From positions 9,661,534 to 9,725,533 of the forward strand of contig NC_083409.1 in the NCBI RefSeq assembly GCF_020745735.1: 64,000 nucleotides of DNA. Reading direction: 5' to 3'. Below the pieces are notes generated by a model, which did no database searches, was not told the origin of the DNA, and saw nothing but the letters and a program-made list of their open reading frames with translations. Position 1 is the stretch's first letter, and each line of letters begins with the position of its first letter. The DNA is from Hemiscyllium ocellatum. Taxonomy: Eukaryota. A program made the translations under genes and the position numbers. Of this stretch, positions 35,116-46,989 are shown in pieces.

Positions 35116-36384
35116 TATGGTTCCAGGGACCCAGGTTCAAATCCCATCATGGCAGATGGGGGAATTTAAATTCTAGAACAAAAAAAATCTGCAATTAAAA
35201 ATCCAATGATGACCATGAATCAATGTCGATTGTCAAGAAAAGGTTTACTAACGTCCTTTAGGGAAGGAACTGCCATCCTTCCCTGGTCTGGCCTACATGG
35301 GAATCCAATCCCACAGCAATGTGGATGACTGTTAACTGCTCTCTGGGACAATTAGGGGTGGGTAATAAATGCTGTCCTAGTCAGTGATGTCCTCATCCCG
35401 TGAATGAATTAAAAAGAAAAATCTGACTATAAATAATTGACATGACGATTAATTGTAATTAATCATTTGTAATTAATGAGCAGCCTAAGTTCCAGGCCCT
35501 CATTATCTCCTGATTTATTCTCTTTCCCACCATAAAGCTACTGTTAGGAAGCATGGAGACTATTCCCACCAGATCTTGGATCTCTCCTATTTGTGCTACT
35601 TTCCAGAACACAAGCATCTTCCTGCTCCAGCCTCCATTCCTCACCCTCACACTGTTCTCCCTCTCTCCACTCCTGACCTCTCACACTGTTCTGCAGCCTC
35701 CGCTCCTCACCCAGCCCTGTTTAATACCAGGGGTCATAAGATTAAGTATTTTTTGCCCCAGCTTGTGGTAGCTATGTGTAACATGTTGCCTGAGAGGGTG
35801 GTGCAGGCTGAAAATCTCACAACCTTTAAAATACATTTGGATGAGCACTTTTAATTCCAGGAGACAGTAGGCTCCAGTCAACTGCGGGTAAATTGGGTTA
35901 GTATAGTTTAGTGTGTGGTGGTTGGCATAGACTTGGTGGGCCGAAGGGCCTATTTCTGGGCTGTATGACTCTCGAAACTGGCTCCCTGGCTCTGTGAGGC
36001 AGCAGTGCTGTGTCGCCCATATTGAGGGAGGCACACAACAAAATCAGCACAAGGAGGGATAAGAATTCAGCGCTTCCTGTTTTTGAAAGCCCCACCGCCA
36101 CATCACCCATTTAGCAAATTAAAACAAAGGATGGGTTATAAGCACAGCTCCCTGCCGGGGTGGTGAAGGGGAGGTGTGGTCACTGGTCAGATAACAAAGA
36201 CATAGGAAGAGAGGGAGTGGACCCAATTAAAATGGAAGGGGAGTGGTGTGGGGGGTATCTGTGAATGGATACTTACCCATCTGACAGAGTGCCCTCCACC
36301 TGGCAATCTATTTTACGCAATGTAGAAACATAGAGGATAGGAGCAGGAGTAGGCCATCGGCCCCTCCAGCCTGCTCTGCCACTC

Positions 36385-36770
36385 AATATGATTGTGGCTG
36401 ATCATGGAGCACATTACTGTAATCCCTCCCTACCCCGTATGCCTTGGTTCCTTCGCCACAAGAGCTATCTCTACCTCCTTCTTGAAAACATAATGTTTTG
36501 GCCTCAACCACTTTCTGTGACAGAGAATTCCACAGGCTCACCACTCTCTGGGTGAAGACATTTTCCTCATCTCTGTCCTATAGAGTTTATGAGCCTGGTT
36601 CTGGACTTCCCCACCATTGGGAACATCCTTACTCCATTTGACTTGTCTCGTCCTGTTCCAATTTTATAGCTTTCTCCAAGATTCCCTTCCTTAACTGTTT
36701 TAAACTCCAGTGAACACAATCCTCACCAACTCAACCTCTCCTTATACGTCAGGCCTGCCATCCAGAAATC
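36385..36770 (-). mobile_element. CR1-type LINE 3' end
   Basis: Reverse complement of the 17.9-18.2 kb family (ggagcaggagtaggccat..gaattccacaggctcaccactctctgggtgaag). Confidence 0.75.
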
Positions 36771-36812
36771 AAATAGCATTCAGTCATTAATATTACTCAG
36801 CCCATTGTGGAA

Positions 36813-37229
36813 TGTTGTGGAAATTAAATTGACTCGACTCAGCTATTAGCAAGAGCAAGCAAAAAGAGCTTTATGATTTTTTTTAACCTCTGCATTGCAG
36901 GGGGACCACATGCACTTGACAAAAATGCCTTGTGCAAGGGCCCTGAGCATAATTCAGATATTTGCCTTATCCTGTTTCTTATCACACTCTCAAGGACAAA
37001 GACTGTGAAGATTTGAGTTGTTATTCTTTTCATTCCCTTGTTGTGGACAGACTGTTCTTATATTTTTCTCTTGTTGAATGTTTACAAAGTTCCTCAGGGA
37101 GAAGCTGTCCCTTAACTGCATACTTCAGCAAAGTGTCAGAGAGTTTTAATTTTAGTCAAGCACCGTCTTTCAGGTTTCAGAGTAAATGGATTTCAGAGTA
37201 AATGTTAATTTTGTTAATTTTCCATTACA
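36813..37229. mobile_element. Solo-LTR-like repeat, copy 2, with 5-bp TSD
   Basis: 417 bp, TG...CA ends with imperfect terminal inverted repeats (TGTTGTGGAAATT / AATTTTCCATTACA). Flanked by TGGAA (36808-12 and 37230-34). Confidence 0.7.
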
Positions 37230-37364
37230 TGGAACACAGACTTTGTAGGTCAGAGTTAGAAGACAATCATTGCCGGTTCTAAAATTCAGGCTTCGGGTGC
37301 AGTAATCTCAATGGAATCATTGGATACAATCTTACAACAGCAGAAAGATGGGAGGTGTAGATGG

Positions 37365-37565
37365 AGGGTGCAGACAGCGGTGTAGGCAGTGGGTGTAGGT
37401 GGTGGGTGCAAACAGAGGGACTAGACAGTGGCTGTAGATGCTGGGTGCAGACAGTGGGTACAGACGGTGGTGCAGACTGAGGGTGCAGACGGTGGGAGCG
37501 ACTGGTGTTGTAGACAGAAGGTCCAGACGGTAGTTGCAGATGGTGGTGTAGACAGTAGTGTAGAC
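37365..37565. repeat. Degenerate G-rich minisatellite (gggtgcagacagt-like unit)
   Basis: About 15 imperfect copies of ggtgcagac/gtagac..gtg. Confidence 0.7.
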
Positions 37566-38199
37566 AAGAGCAATATCATGCGTGGTGACCACATGGGTGG
37601 CTGTGTGGAATCACACAGAGAGCAGCCAGTGAGCCTGACACAGTCAGGGACACCCCCTGGTGCTGAAGATCATGTTGTTGCTGGCAAAGGTCGCATTTCA
37701 ACTGGAACTGCACTTCCTCCCTACACACTTCCCTCTTGTCCCCACATGCCTCACTACAACCCCTGGATTGCCAGGCAGCACCCTGTGCCCTCACTCAGTC
37801 TCCGTTGACCTTGTCTCCATTAGCCTTGATGCTCCTCCCAAGCACTTACTTGGGCCTTCACTGAAGCTTGAGCCATTTCCTCTGACCCTTGATCATTGAT
37901 TTGCCATCTTGGAACTGTCTAACCTAATCACCATTAACCTGTACTGCCCTCTCAGCATGGAGCATAGATTGATACAGCACAGAAAAGGCCCTTTGGCCCA
38001 TTGAGTCTGCACTGACACAACTACCGCTAAAGGCACGCTAAGCCCAATTTCTTGCACTTATCCCAAATCCTTGCATGTTATGATATCTAAATGTTGTAAG
38101 GTTTCCAGCCTCCACTACCTTCCCTGACAGAGGGTTGTGTGTTTATAATTCATATCATGTCAGGCTCACGGAGTTTAACAAAAGCTCCTGTTCTTTAAT

Positions 38200-38510
38200 G
38201 TGCAGTGTGGTAGCTCAGTGGTTTGCACTGCTGCCTCACAGCACCAAGGGTTCGATTCCAGCCCAAGGTGACTGTCTTTGTGGAGTTTGCACGCTCCTGC
38301 TGTGTCTGTGTGGGTTTCCTCCCACAATCCAAAGATGTGCAGGTTAGATGAATTGGCCATTCTAAAATTGCCACAGTGATCAAGAATCTCTCAGTCAGGG
38401 GAAATGTTGAGTAAAAGTGTAGGGGAATGTGTCTCAGGGAGTCTGACTTCAGAGGGTTGGTGTTGGCTTGTTGGGCCAAATGGCCTGTTTCCACACTGTG
38501 GAGTCTGTGA
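38200..38510 (+). mobile_element. HE1-type SINE, diverged
   Basis: Head, core and CR1-like tail (gggccaaatggcctgtttccacactg). Confidence 0.8.
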
Positions 38511-39760
38511 CAGTCCATTCCAGATTCCCATCACCCAGAATTAAAATCTTATTTCCCAAATCTCATTTATGATGTTCGTAATGAAACCATTCATTTTGTC
38601 TTGTCTCGTTTAGCTCTTGTGCTCCTTGTTCGATAAATATTTTTTTTCAATAAAATATGAGCCTCTTGATGGGCTGTTAACCTTGTTCAATCAGGGAGCC
38701 CCGGCTGACAGATAAAAAGCGGAGTGTCAGAAGGACTGATACTCTGGGACCTGACTCTGAATAACAACCTGCCGACCAACCCCCTCCTTCTGTCACCCTC
38801 AACCTCCCCATGCTTACTCTTGATTCCCCATCAATCCAGGTTGTGCTGCCTTTGGGAGAGGTTGGCCTTCCTTCCATTCCTAATGAAGAGCTTATGCCCA
38901 AAGCATTGATTATCCTGCTCCTCGGATGCTGCCTGACCTGCTACCGTTTCCCGGCAACACACTATTGACTCTGATCTCTACCATCTGCAGTCTTCACTTT
39001 CTCCTTCCCTCCAGCACCCAGGAAAGTGGATATCATCCCAGAAGAGCACAGTCCCACTCACTCATTACAGACAGAGATGACTGGTGGTGTGTTTAACCTG
39101 AGGGTCTCGACAGCTGAGGCAGGAGGAGTGAAGGTGGCACCTTCATGGTGGTAGCACCCTTCATTAATCCACTGCAATTCCTCTTGGAGCTGCAAGAATT
39201 CAGCCTCACTCACTGCTCTCCTCCCTGTAAGGTAATATTGCTGCATCTAGTTTAGAGCTAATTGACCATTGAAATATGACTATGGCTAGTCAGCATTGGC
39301 TGAGCAGGCAGCCTATACTGCAAGGATCCCAGCTCCAAAAAATCCCCTTGTAATTGGGGAGCACATTAGGGAGCACAGTGTGCACTGCCTCTGAAATCCC
39401 TCCCTTACTGAGAATACACTCTCAGTATTCACCTTTCTCAGCTGCCATCTCAATTTCGCTGTAAATTCTGTGAACTATGATCCTGCCCCACTAGCTGCCT
39501 GATGAAGGAGCAGTGCTCTGAAAGCTTGTACTTCCAAAGAAACCTGTTGGACTATAACCTGGTGTTGTGTGATTTCTTAACCTTGGCCACCTCAATGAGC
39601 TGCCATCTCAGACTGAGTTGTTTTTCTTCCGAGATTTGACAACATTAAAGCCTAATCTTCAATCCCCATCACAAAGCCCATTCTCTACCCATCACTCAGA
39701 GATAAATACTTCAGAGACACCGACAGGCAGCACAGAGTAACACACTCCCACTCATTGAGA

Positions 39761-39992
39761 TACAAAGTTAAAAATCACACAACACCTGGTTATAGTCCCT
39801 CAGGTTTAATTGGAAGTACAAGCTTTCGGAGCACCGCTCCATCATCAGGTGGTTGTGGAGGATTCTTCCTTGATGATGGAGTGGCGCTCTGAAAGCTAGT
39901 GTGCTTCCAATTAAACCTGTTGGACTATAACGTGGTGTTCCGTGATTTTTAACTTTGTACACCCCAGTCCAACACCGGCATCTCCAAATCAT
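39761..39992. mobile_element. Second PLE-type mini-element family in head-to-head inverted arrangement
   Basis: 39761-39850 is the inverted copy of 39872-39959 ((c/t)tgatgatggag..gctc(c/t)gaaagct..ggactataac..gtgatttttaactttgta). Related single copies occur at 39495-39590 (+) and 30305-30355 (-). Confidence 0.65.
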
Positions 39993-40367
39993 TGCACTGC
40001 CTACAGCCAGTGCAGAATAACACACACACAGAGACACCTACAGGCAACACTGAGTAACACACACACTCAGAGAGTCAGGCAGCATTGAATAACATGCTCA
40101 CACTCCATGCTGCCTGTAGGTGTCTCTGTGAATAACTAACCCACTCTCAGATTGGCACCGACAGGCAGCATTATGTCGGACTCTCGCACTCAGAGGGACA
40201 CGCAGCCTGCAGTGTCAGTGATTGGCCTCAGATTATTTCAGGTACAACACAGCATGCAGCAAAGAGTGCAGAGTGTGATCCCAGCACCTGAGCCTGGACC
40301 ACAGAGTAAAGAGGGAATGCCTAAGATTGTAATTATTGAGTCCTCACAACTTTCTGTTTCTAGGTTA

Positions 40368-41760
40368 AAAACAAGGACTGCAGATGCTGGAAACCAGAGG
40401 CGAGATCAGAGTGGTGCTGGAAAAGCACAGCAGCTCAGGAAGCATCCAAGGAGCAGAAAAATCAACATTTTGGGCAAAAGGCCTTCATAAGGATTAGAGG
40501 CAGGGTGCCTGCAGAGTGGAGAGATAAATAAGAGGGGGTGGGGAGAAAGTAGCATGGAGTACAATAGGTGAATTGGGGATGGGGATGGAGGTGATAGGTC
40601 AGAGAGGAGGATGGGGGAAGGTAGCAAAGAGTACAATAGGTGAGTGGGGGTGGGGATGGAGGTGATAGGTCAGAGAGGAGGGTGGAGTGGCTAGGTGGAA
40701 AGGAAGATAAGCAGGTAGGACAGGTCATGAGGATGGTGCTGAGCTGGAAGTTTGGAGCTGGGGTGAGGTGGGGGAAGGGGAAATGAGGAAACTGGTGACA
40801 TCCACATTGATGCCATGGGATTGAAGTGTTCCGAGGTGGAAGCTGAGGTGTTCTTCCTTCAGGCGTCGGGTGGTGAGGGAGCGACGGCGGAGGATGCCCA
40901 GGACTTGGCTGTACTTGGCAGAGTGGGAGGGGGAGTTGAAATGTTGGGCCACAGGGCGGTGGGGTTGATTGGTGTGGTTGTCCTGGAGATGTTCCCTAAA
41001 GCGCTCTGCAAGGAGGCGTCCAGTCTCCTCAATGTAGAGGAGACCGCATCGGGAGCAACAGATACAATAAATGATATTGGTGGGTGTGCTGGTAAAAATT
41101 TGATGGATGTGGAAGGCTCCTTTGGGGCCTTAGATGGAGGTGAGGGAGGAGGTGTTGGCAGAGGTTTTGCAATTCATGCGATGGCAGGGGAGGGTGCCAG
41201 GAAGGGAGGGTGGGTTGTTGGGGGACGTGGACCTGACCACGTAGTCACGGAGGGAACGGTCTTTGCGGAAAGCAGGAATGGGTGGGGAGGGAAATATATC
41301 CATGGTGGTTGGGTCCATTTGGAGGTGGCGGAAATGTCGTCGGATGATGTGGTTTATGCGAAGGATGGTAGGGTGGAAGGTGAGCACCGGGGTGGGGGGG
41401 GGGGGGGGGGTGGAGTTCCGTCCTTGTTATGGTTGGAGGGGTGGGGTTTGAGGGCGGAGGAGTGGAATGTGGATGAGATGGAGGGCATCTTTGACCACAT
41501 GGGAAGGGAAATTGCGGTCTCTAATGAAGGATGCCATCTGGTGTGTTCTGTTGTGGAACTGGTCCTCCTGGGAGCAAATATGGTGGAGGCAGAGGAATTG
41601 GGAATACGGGATGGCATTTTTGCAGGAGGTAGGGTGGGAAGAAGTGGAATCCTCGGTGTTGGTGGGTTTTGTAAAATATGTCAGTGTCAAGTCGGTCATC
41701 ATTAATGGAGATGGAGAAGTCCAGGAAGGGGAGGGAGGTGTCAGAGATGGTCCAGGTGGT
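40368..41760 (-). mobile_element. 5'-truncated Penelope-like element (Neptune-type Cys linker)
   Basis: Minus frames: SSHPTSCKNAIPYSQFL..ICSQEDQFH (thumb), PAFRKDRSLRDYVVRS..PCHRMNCKT (Cys linker) and AQHFNSPSHS..EEHLSFHLGTLQSHGINVD (GIY-YIG C-terminus), then the pLTR with a hammerhead-like segment. Confidence 0.85.
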
Positions 41761-41989
41761 CATTAATGGAGATCTGTTAGGAATCTTGTAACCTCCACAG
41801 ATTCCAGATCAAAGGGATCATTTGAAAGTGATTGATGATTGGCTGTCAGTATCCTCTACAACAGATGTGTCATTGATTGACAGGCCAATGAGCCAATTGT
41901 GACAATGCCATGCTGAAATGCAGCCAATCAGCTGAATGGAGTGGTCAATCTCCAAAGCACACAGAGACAGAGACTGAATCTTCTTCATC

Positions 41990-41995
41990 TTTATT
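41990..41995 (-). terminator. Polyadenylation signal of kappa C copy 2
   Basis: AATAAA on the minus strand, homologous to 25865-70. Confidence 0.7.
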
Positions 41996-42523
41996 CCCTT
42001 TTCCAGATTGACATTGACAGAAAACAGTCAGCAATTAACAGCCCAGACAGAGGAAGCTGCACAAATTCACAGCCACAATGGAACTTGAGGAAAACACTTG
42101 TGGAGATTTTCTCAATAACATAAGAATCCTGTAAATTCAAACAGTGACAAAACCTTAAATTGGAACTGGCGGCTGAGCAGGAAGGAGATCTGGTTTACTG
42201 AAGCAGAGACTTCTGAGGTTCACATTGTTTTGTACAGCTGACAGTCTTCAGCAACTTCAAGAGATTTTACTTGGCATCACAAATCAACCATGTCCCAATC
42301 AAACACTCCCAGAACAGGGACAGCATCGGGTTTGACACAGCGTAAAGCTCTATCTACAGTGTCCCAATGACCTGCCTTAACCCCCTGAAATTCAGAAGTG
42401 TCCCCTAGGCCAATCCTGAGAAGGAAGAGAGTTGAAATTCAGTGCTGACAATGACCTTTGTCCTGCCAGCTCAGCCCTGTTCTATTTAAAGTTGTGTCTC
42501 CTCTGTGGACTGTCTGAAACACT

Positions 42524-42853
42524 CTACACACATTCTGATCTCCTGATGCTCTTGCTGAGGGGAGAGGAGAGGGTCATGTGGGTGAGGGCACAGGAGAAAC
42601 GAGCGTTGGACTCCCAGTCAGACCCAGAGAGGGTCAGCAGGCTGCCGACACTGTAGGTGCTGTCCGAAGCTCGCAGGTAGTTGCTGGTATGAACCCCGTC
42701 CAAAATGACTGCACCGTCCTTCTTCCACTGCACCTCCAGCTCATCGGGATAGAAGTGATTGGCAAGGCACACCAGGGTGGCCGTGCCCTTGGCATTGACC
42801 TGCTCCGGGAAGGGGGGGCAGCAGGGTCAGCTTGGGCTGAGAGTTGTCATGGC
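42524..42853 (-). pseudogene. IGKC: Ig kappa constant exon, copy 2, with +1 frameshift
   Basis: Acceptor ctttcAG at 42855-54. HDNSQPKLTLL is followed by a 7-C run (42812-18) where copy 1 has 6, shifting the frame. The downstream frame GTATLVCLANHFYPDELEVQW..RRSECV* is otherwise intact. Confidence 0.85.
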
Positions 42854-43419
42854 CTGAAAGACAAGAGAAACAATTTTAATCCCTGCCATTTGAAGTGATT
42901 TCAACTGTCAGAATATTCACTGATAAAATGTTTGAACATTTGTAGCCAGTACCTAACAAACACCAGAAAAGAACAGGCATTGTTTAAGTTGCTTCTTGGG
43001 ATATGAGTGTCACTGATAGGATCAGCATTTATTGCCCATCCATAATCACCCAGAGGGCAGTTTAGAGTCAACCAAATTGTTGTGGGTCTGGAGTCACTTG
43101 GTAAGGATGGTAGTTTCCTTCCCTAAAGGACATCAGGGAATAAGATGGCTTTTTCCTGACAATCAACAATTGTTTCATGGTCATCATTCGACACTTAATT
43201 GCAGATTTTTTTATTGAATTCACATTCCACCATCTGCTGCCACAGGATTCTAACTCTGGCCCCCAGAACATTAATCTGGATCTCTGGATGAACAGCTCAG
43301 CAATAGTACCATTAAATCATCACCTCCTTTATCTTATTTTTAGTTGAGTGTGAAAGCAAGAAGTTTGTTTCTGAACAGGATGATTCTGAAAAGCACAACT
43401 GAAAGACTTCCAGTTCATC

Positions 43420-44165
43420 CCAAAAACGATTAGTTCCTTGAAAGTGGAATTGCAGGTAGGTCAGGGAGTGACGAAGTCATTTGCCATGCTTTCCTTTATT
43501 GGGCAACGCATTGAGTATTGGAGTTGGGAGCTGTTGCAAGTGTACAGGATATTAGTTTGGCCCCTTTTGGAATTCTCTGTGGAATTCTGGCCTCCCTGCT
43601 GTAGGAAAAATGGTTCAGAAAAGATTTCCAAGGATGTTGCCAAGTTGGAGGATTTGTGCGATCGGGAGAGGCTGAATAGGCTGAGGCTATTTTCCCTGGA
43701 TCGCTGGAGGCTGAGGGGTTACCATATCGAGGTTTCTAACACAATGAGGGGCATTGATCAAGTGAATAGAGAAGATATTTTGGTCAGAGTGAAGGAGTCC
43801 AGAACTAGAGAGCATAGGTGGAAAGTATCAGGAGAATGATTTAAACGGGAACTAAGGCATAATGTTTTCCTGCCGAGAGTGGTACATTTTTGGAATGAGC
43901 TGCCAGAGGAAGTGGTGGAGGCTGGTATGATAACATTTAAAAGGCATTTGGGTGAGTATATGAATAGGAAGTGTTTAGAAGGATATTGGCCAAATGCTGA
44001 AAAATGGGACTAGATTAATTTAGTTTATCTGGTCGGCATGGACAAGTTACACAGAAGGATCTATTTCTGTGCTGTACATCTCTCTGACACTATGACTCTA
44101 TGTCTCTGTGGTTGACATGGATGAGTCAGATCGAAGAGTCTGTTTCCATGCTGTACATCTCCCTG
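43420..44165 (+). mobile_element. CR1-type LINE 3' fragment with tandem tail
   Basis: ORF 43438-43839 is CR1 RT C-terminal text. The tail ctatgactct is duplicated at ~44090-44170. Confidence 0.8.
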
Positions 44166-44399
44166 ACTCTAATTGTGTTTCAATCAAGCCCTCAGCACCT
44201 CAGACTCTCCCAAAGACAGTTACACTTTGCTTGAAAACCAGTCACTGTTGCAATTTCAGGAAAGGGGCAACCAATTTCTACACAGCAAGATCCCACTGGA
44301 AGCAATGACATCAAAGAGCATTCTTCATGATTTTGGTTCAAGGATAAATATTGTCCTGAACTCAACCCAAAGAGAAAGTAATTTGGTTCAGTTGGATGG

Positions 44400-46830
44400 A
44401 CAATGAGAAAATGGAAGGTAAAGGAGAAGGTAGGATTGCTGGTTAGTGATGGGATTGATTGTTACCAAAAAATAAAAGGAAGGGACGGAATTTTTGAATA
44501 TCAAAGATGCCATAAAATTGCAGGGAAAGTCAAGAATAGATCAACATTAAAGATTTTGTGTCTAAATGCACGAAGCATTCCGAGTCAGGGAGACAAAGTG
44601 ATGCCCCAAATCGAGGTAAATTGAGTTTCCAAGTAATTTAAACTAGTTAAAGTGGAGGAGGGCTCAGGAGAGTTTAGCAAAGATTCTAGAAGATGTAATA
44701 GGACTGAGAGCATGGAAGTGATCAGGAATCAAATGTCAAGCACAGCAGATGAGAGGAACAATGATGAGAAGGAGGGCAGTCAATGTAGGACTGAGGGTGT
44801 TATACTTAAATGCACAAGATATACACAATGAGCTTGTAGTTCAGATTGAAACTGGCAGGTACAATGTTGTGGGTATCACAGGGACATGGCTGTAAGGGGA
44901 TCCGGGCTGGAAACTAAATATCCAAGGATCCATATCCTATCAAAAAGACAGGCAGAAGAGCAGAGGGACAGGAGTTGCCTTGTTAGTAAGAAATGACTTT
45001 AAATCAATAGCAAGAAAGATACAGTCAAAAGGTGTAGAATCTGTGTGGGGAGAGTTGAGGAACCCAAGAAATAAAGAATCTGATGCAAGTTCAGGTCTCC
45101 AAGCAGTAAACAGGGTGTGGGGAAGGAAATCAATCAGGAGACAGAAAATCCATTAAAAAAATGGATAGGTGGACTGGGTAGCACGTCTCAACAAAAAGAT
45201 TTCATGGAATGTCTATGAGATGGTATTTGAAACAGCTTGCGGTTTGGAACAGGCAGTTCTTGATTCAGTGATGTGTAATGAGGCAAACTTGGTTGGTGAG
45301 CTGAAGGTGAAAGTGTCCCTCTGGATAAGTGACCATAATACGATAGAATTCCCCCTGTAGTTTGAGAGGGAGAAGCTGTAATCAGATGGAACAGTATTTC
45401 AGTTGAGTAAAGGGAACGACAAAGACGTGAGGAAGGAGCTGGCTAGAGATGATTGGAAGGGGAGCTGAGCAGGTAAGATGGTGCGGCAGCAAACAGCAGG
45501 GTTTCTGGGGGTAATTCAGGAAGCAGAGTAGGAATTCATCCCAAAAAAGAAGAAACACACTAAGGGGAGGACAATGTAACCATGGCTGATGAGGGAGGTC
45601 AAGGACAGCATAAAAGCAAAAGAAAAAGCACACAATGTGGTGGAAAATAGTGGGAGGCCAGAGGATTAGGAAGTCTTTAAAAACCTGTAGAGGATAACTA
45701 AAAAAAAATCAGGGTACAGAAGGTGAAATGTGGGGGAAAGCGAGCCAGAAATATAAAAGAAGATTGCAAGAGTTTCATCAGATATATAAAAAGGAAGATG
45801 GAGGCAGAAATAGACATTGGAAAAAGAATAATAGGAAATGAAGAAAAAGCAGAGGAATTGAATACATACATTACATCAGTCTGCACAATGGAAAACACCA
45901 GCAGTGTCCCAGTACTTCAAGACTGTCAGGGGACAGAGGTGAGAGCAGTGGCCATTACTAAGGAGGAGGTACTGGGGAAGCTGAAATGTCTGAGTGTGGA
46001 TAACTCACCCAGACTGGATGAATTACACCAGTGTGTTCTGAAGGAGATCACTGAGGAGATTGTGGAGACATTTTTGATGATCTTTCAGGAATCAATGGAG
46101 TCAGGGAGTGGAGATATTTTCTAAATGAGGAAAGCCTTTGGAAATCTAAAGCACAAACCTCATTCAGGATTTTCTTAAGGTGAACAGGCAGGTGCAGTTT
46201 GTGCTTGGGAAGCAAATGAAATATTAGCATTCATTTCAATAGGGCCAGATTACAAGAGCAGAGATGTACTGCTGAGGCTGTGTAAGGCTCTGATCAGACT
46301 GAATTTGGAGTATTGTGAACAGATTTAGGACCCATATTCTAAGAAACAATGTGCTGGCATTGGAGGGGTTTACAAGAATGATCCTGGGGATGGAGGGCTT
46401 GTCATATGAGGTGTGGTTGAGGACTCTGGGTCTGTACTCGATGGAGTTTAGAAGGACGAGGCGGGATCTTATTGAAATTTACAGAATACAGATAGACCTG
46501 GATAGAGTGGATGTGGTGAAGATGTTTCTGAAAACAGGAGAGACTCGGTAACCAAGGCACAGCCTCAGATTGAAGGGCCGACCTTTTCGAGCTGAGATGA
46601 GGAGGAATTTCTTCAGCCAGAGGGTGGTGAATCTGTGGAACTCATTGTTACAGAGGACAGGGAGGCCAAGTCACTGAGTGTATTTAAGACAGAGATAGAT
46701 AGGTTCGTGATTGTTAAGGGGATGGAAAGTTCCTGTGGAGTAGGCAGGAGAATGGGGGTGAGAAGCATATCTGCCAAGGTCAAATGGCAGAGCAGATTCA
46801 ATGGGCTGAATGGCTGATTTCTGCTCCTAT
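44400..46830 (+). mobile_element. Decayed CR1 ORF2 (endonuclease to RT C-terminus, internally deleted) and 3' UTR
   Basis: ILCLNARSI, SDHNTIEFP, KAEELNTYITSVCT..SPRLDELH..VLKEI and the 3' end gagatgaggaggaatttcttcagccagagggtgg. Confidence 0.8.
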
Positions 46831-46989
46831 TTCTTAAAGTCTTTTGGAGAGTTTCTCCAAAACCCTGGAACACTGAACACTGGACTCTGAGCCCTGCTGT
46901 AGTAGCTGTTTGTCATCAGAACTTTGCAAAGAGATTATCCAAGAGTGGAGAGAGTGTGCATCCATGTGGGAATTTCAGAATGTTTCCCA

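Noticed and set aside
40815-41705. 296-aa Gly/Val-rich plus-strand ORF
   Set aside because: It is the antisense shadow of the minus-strand Penelope ORF.
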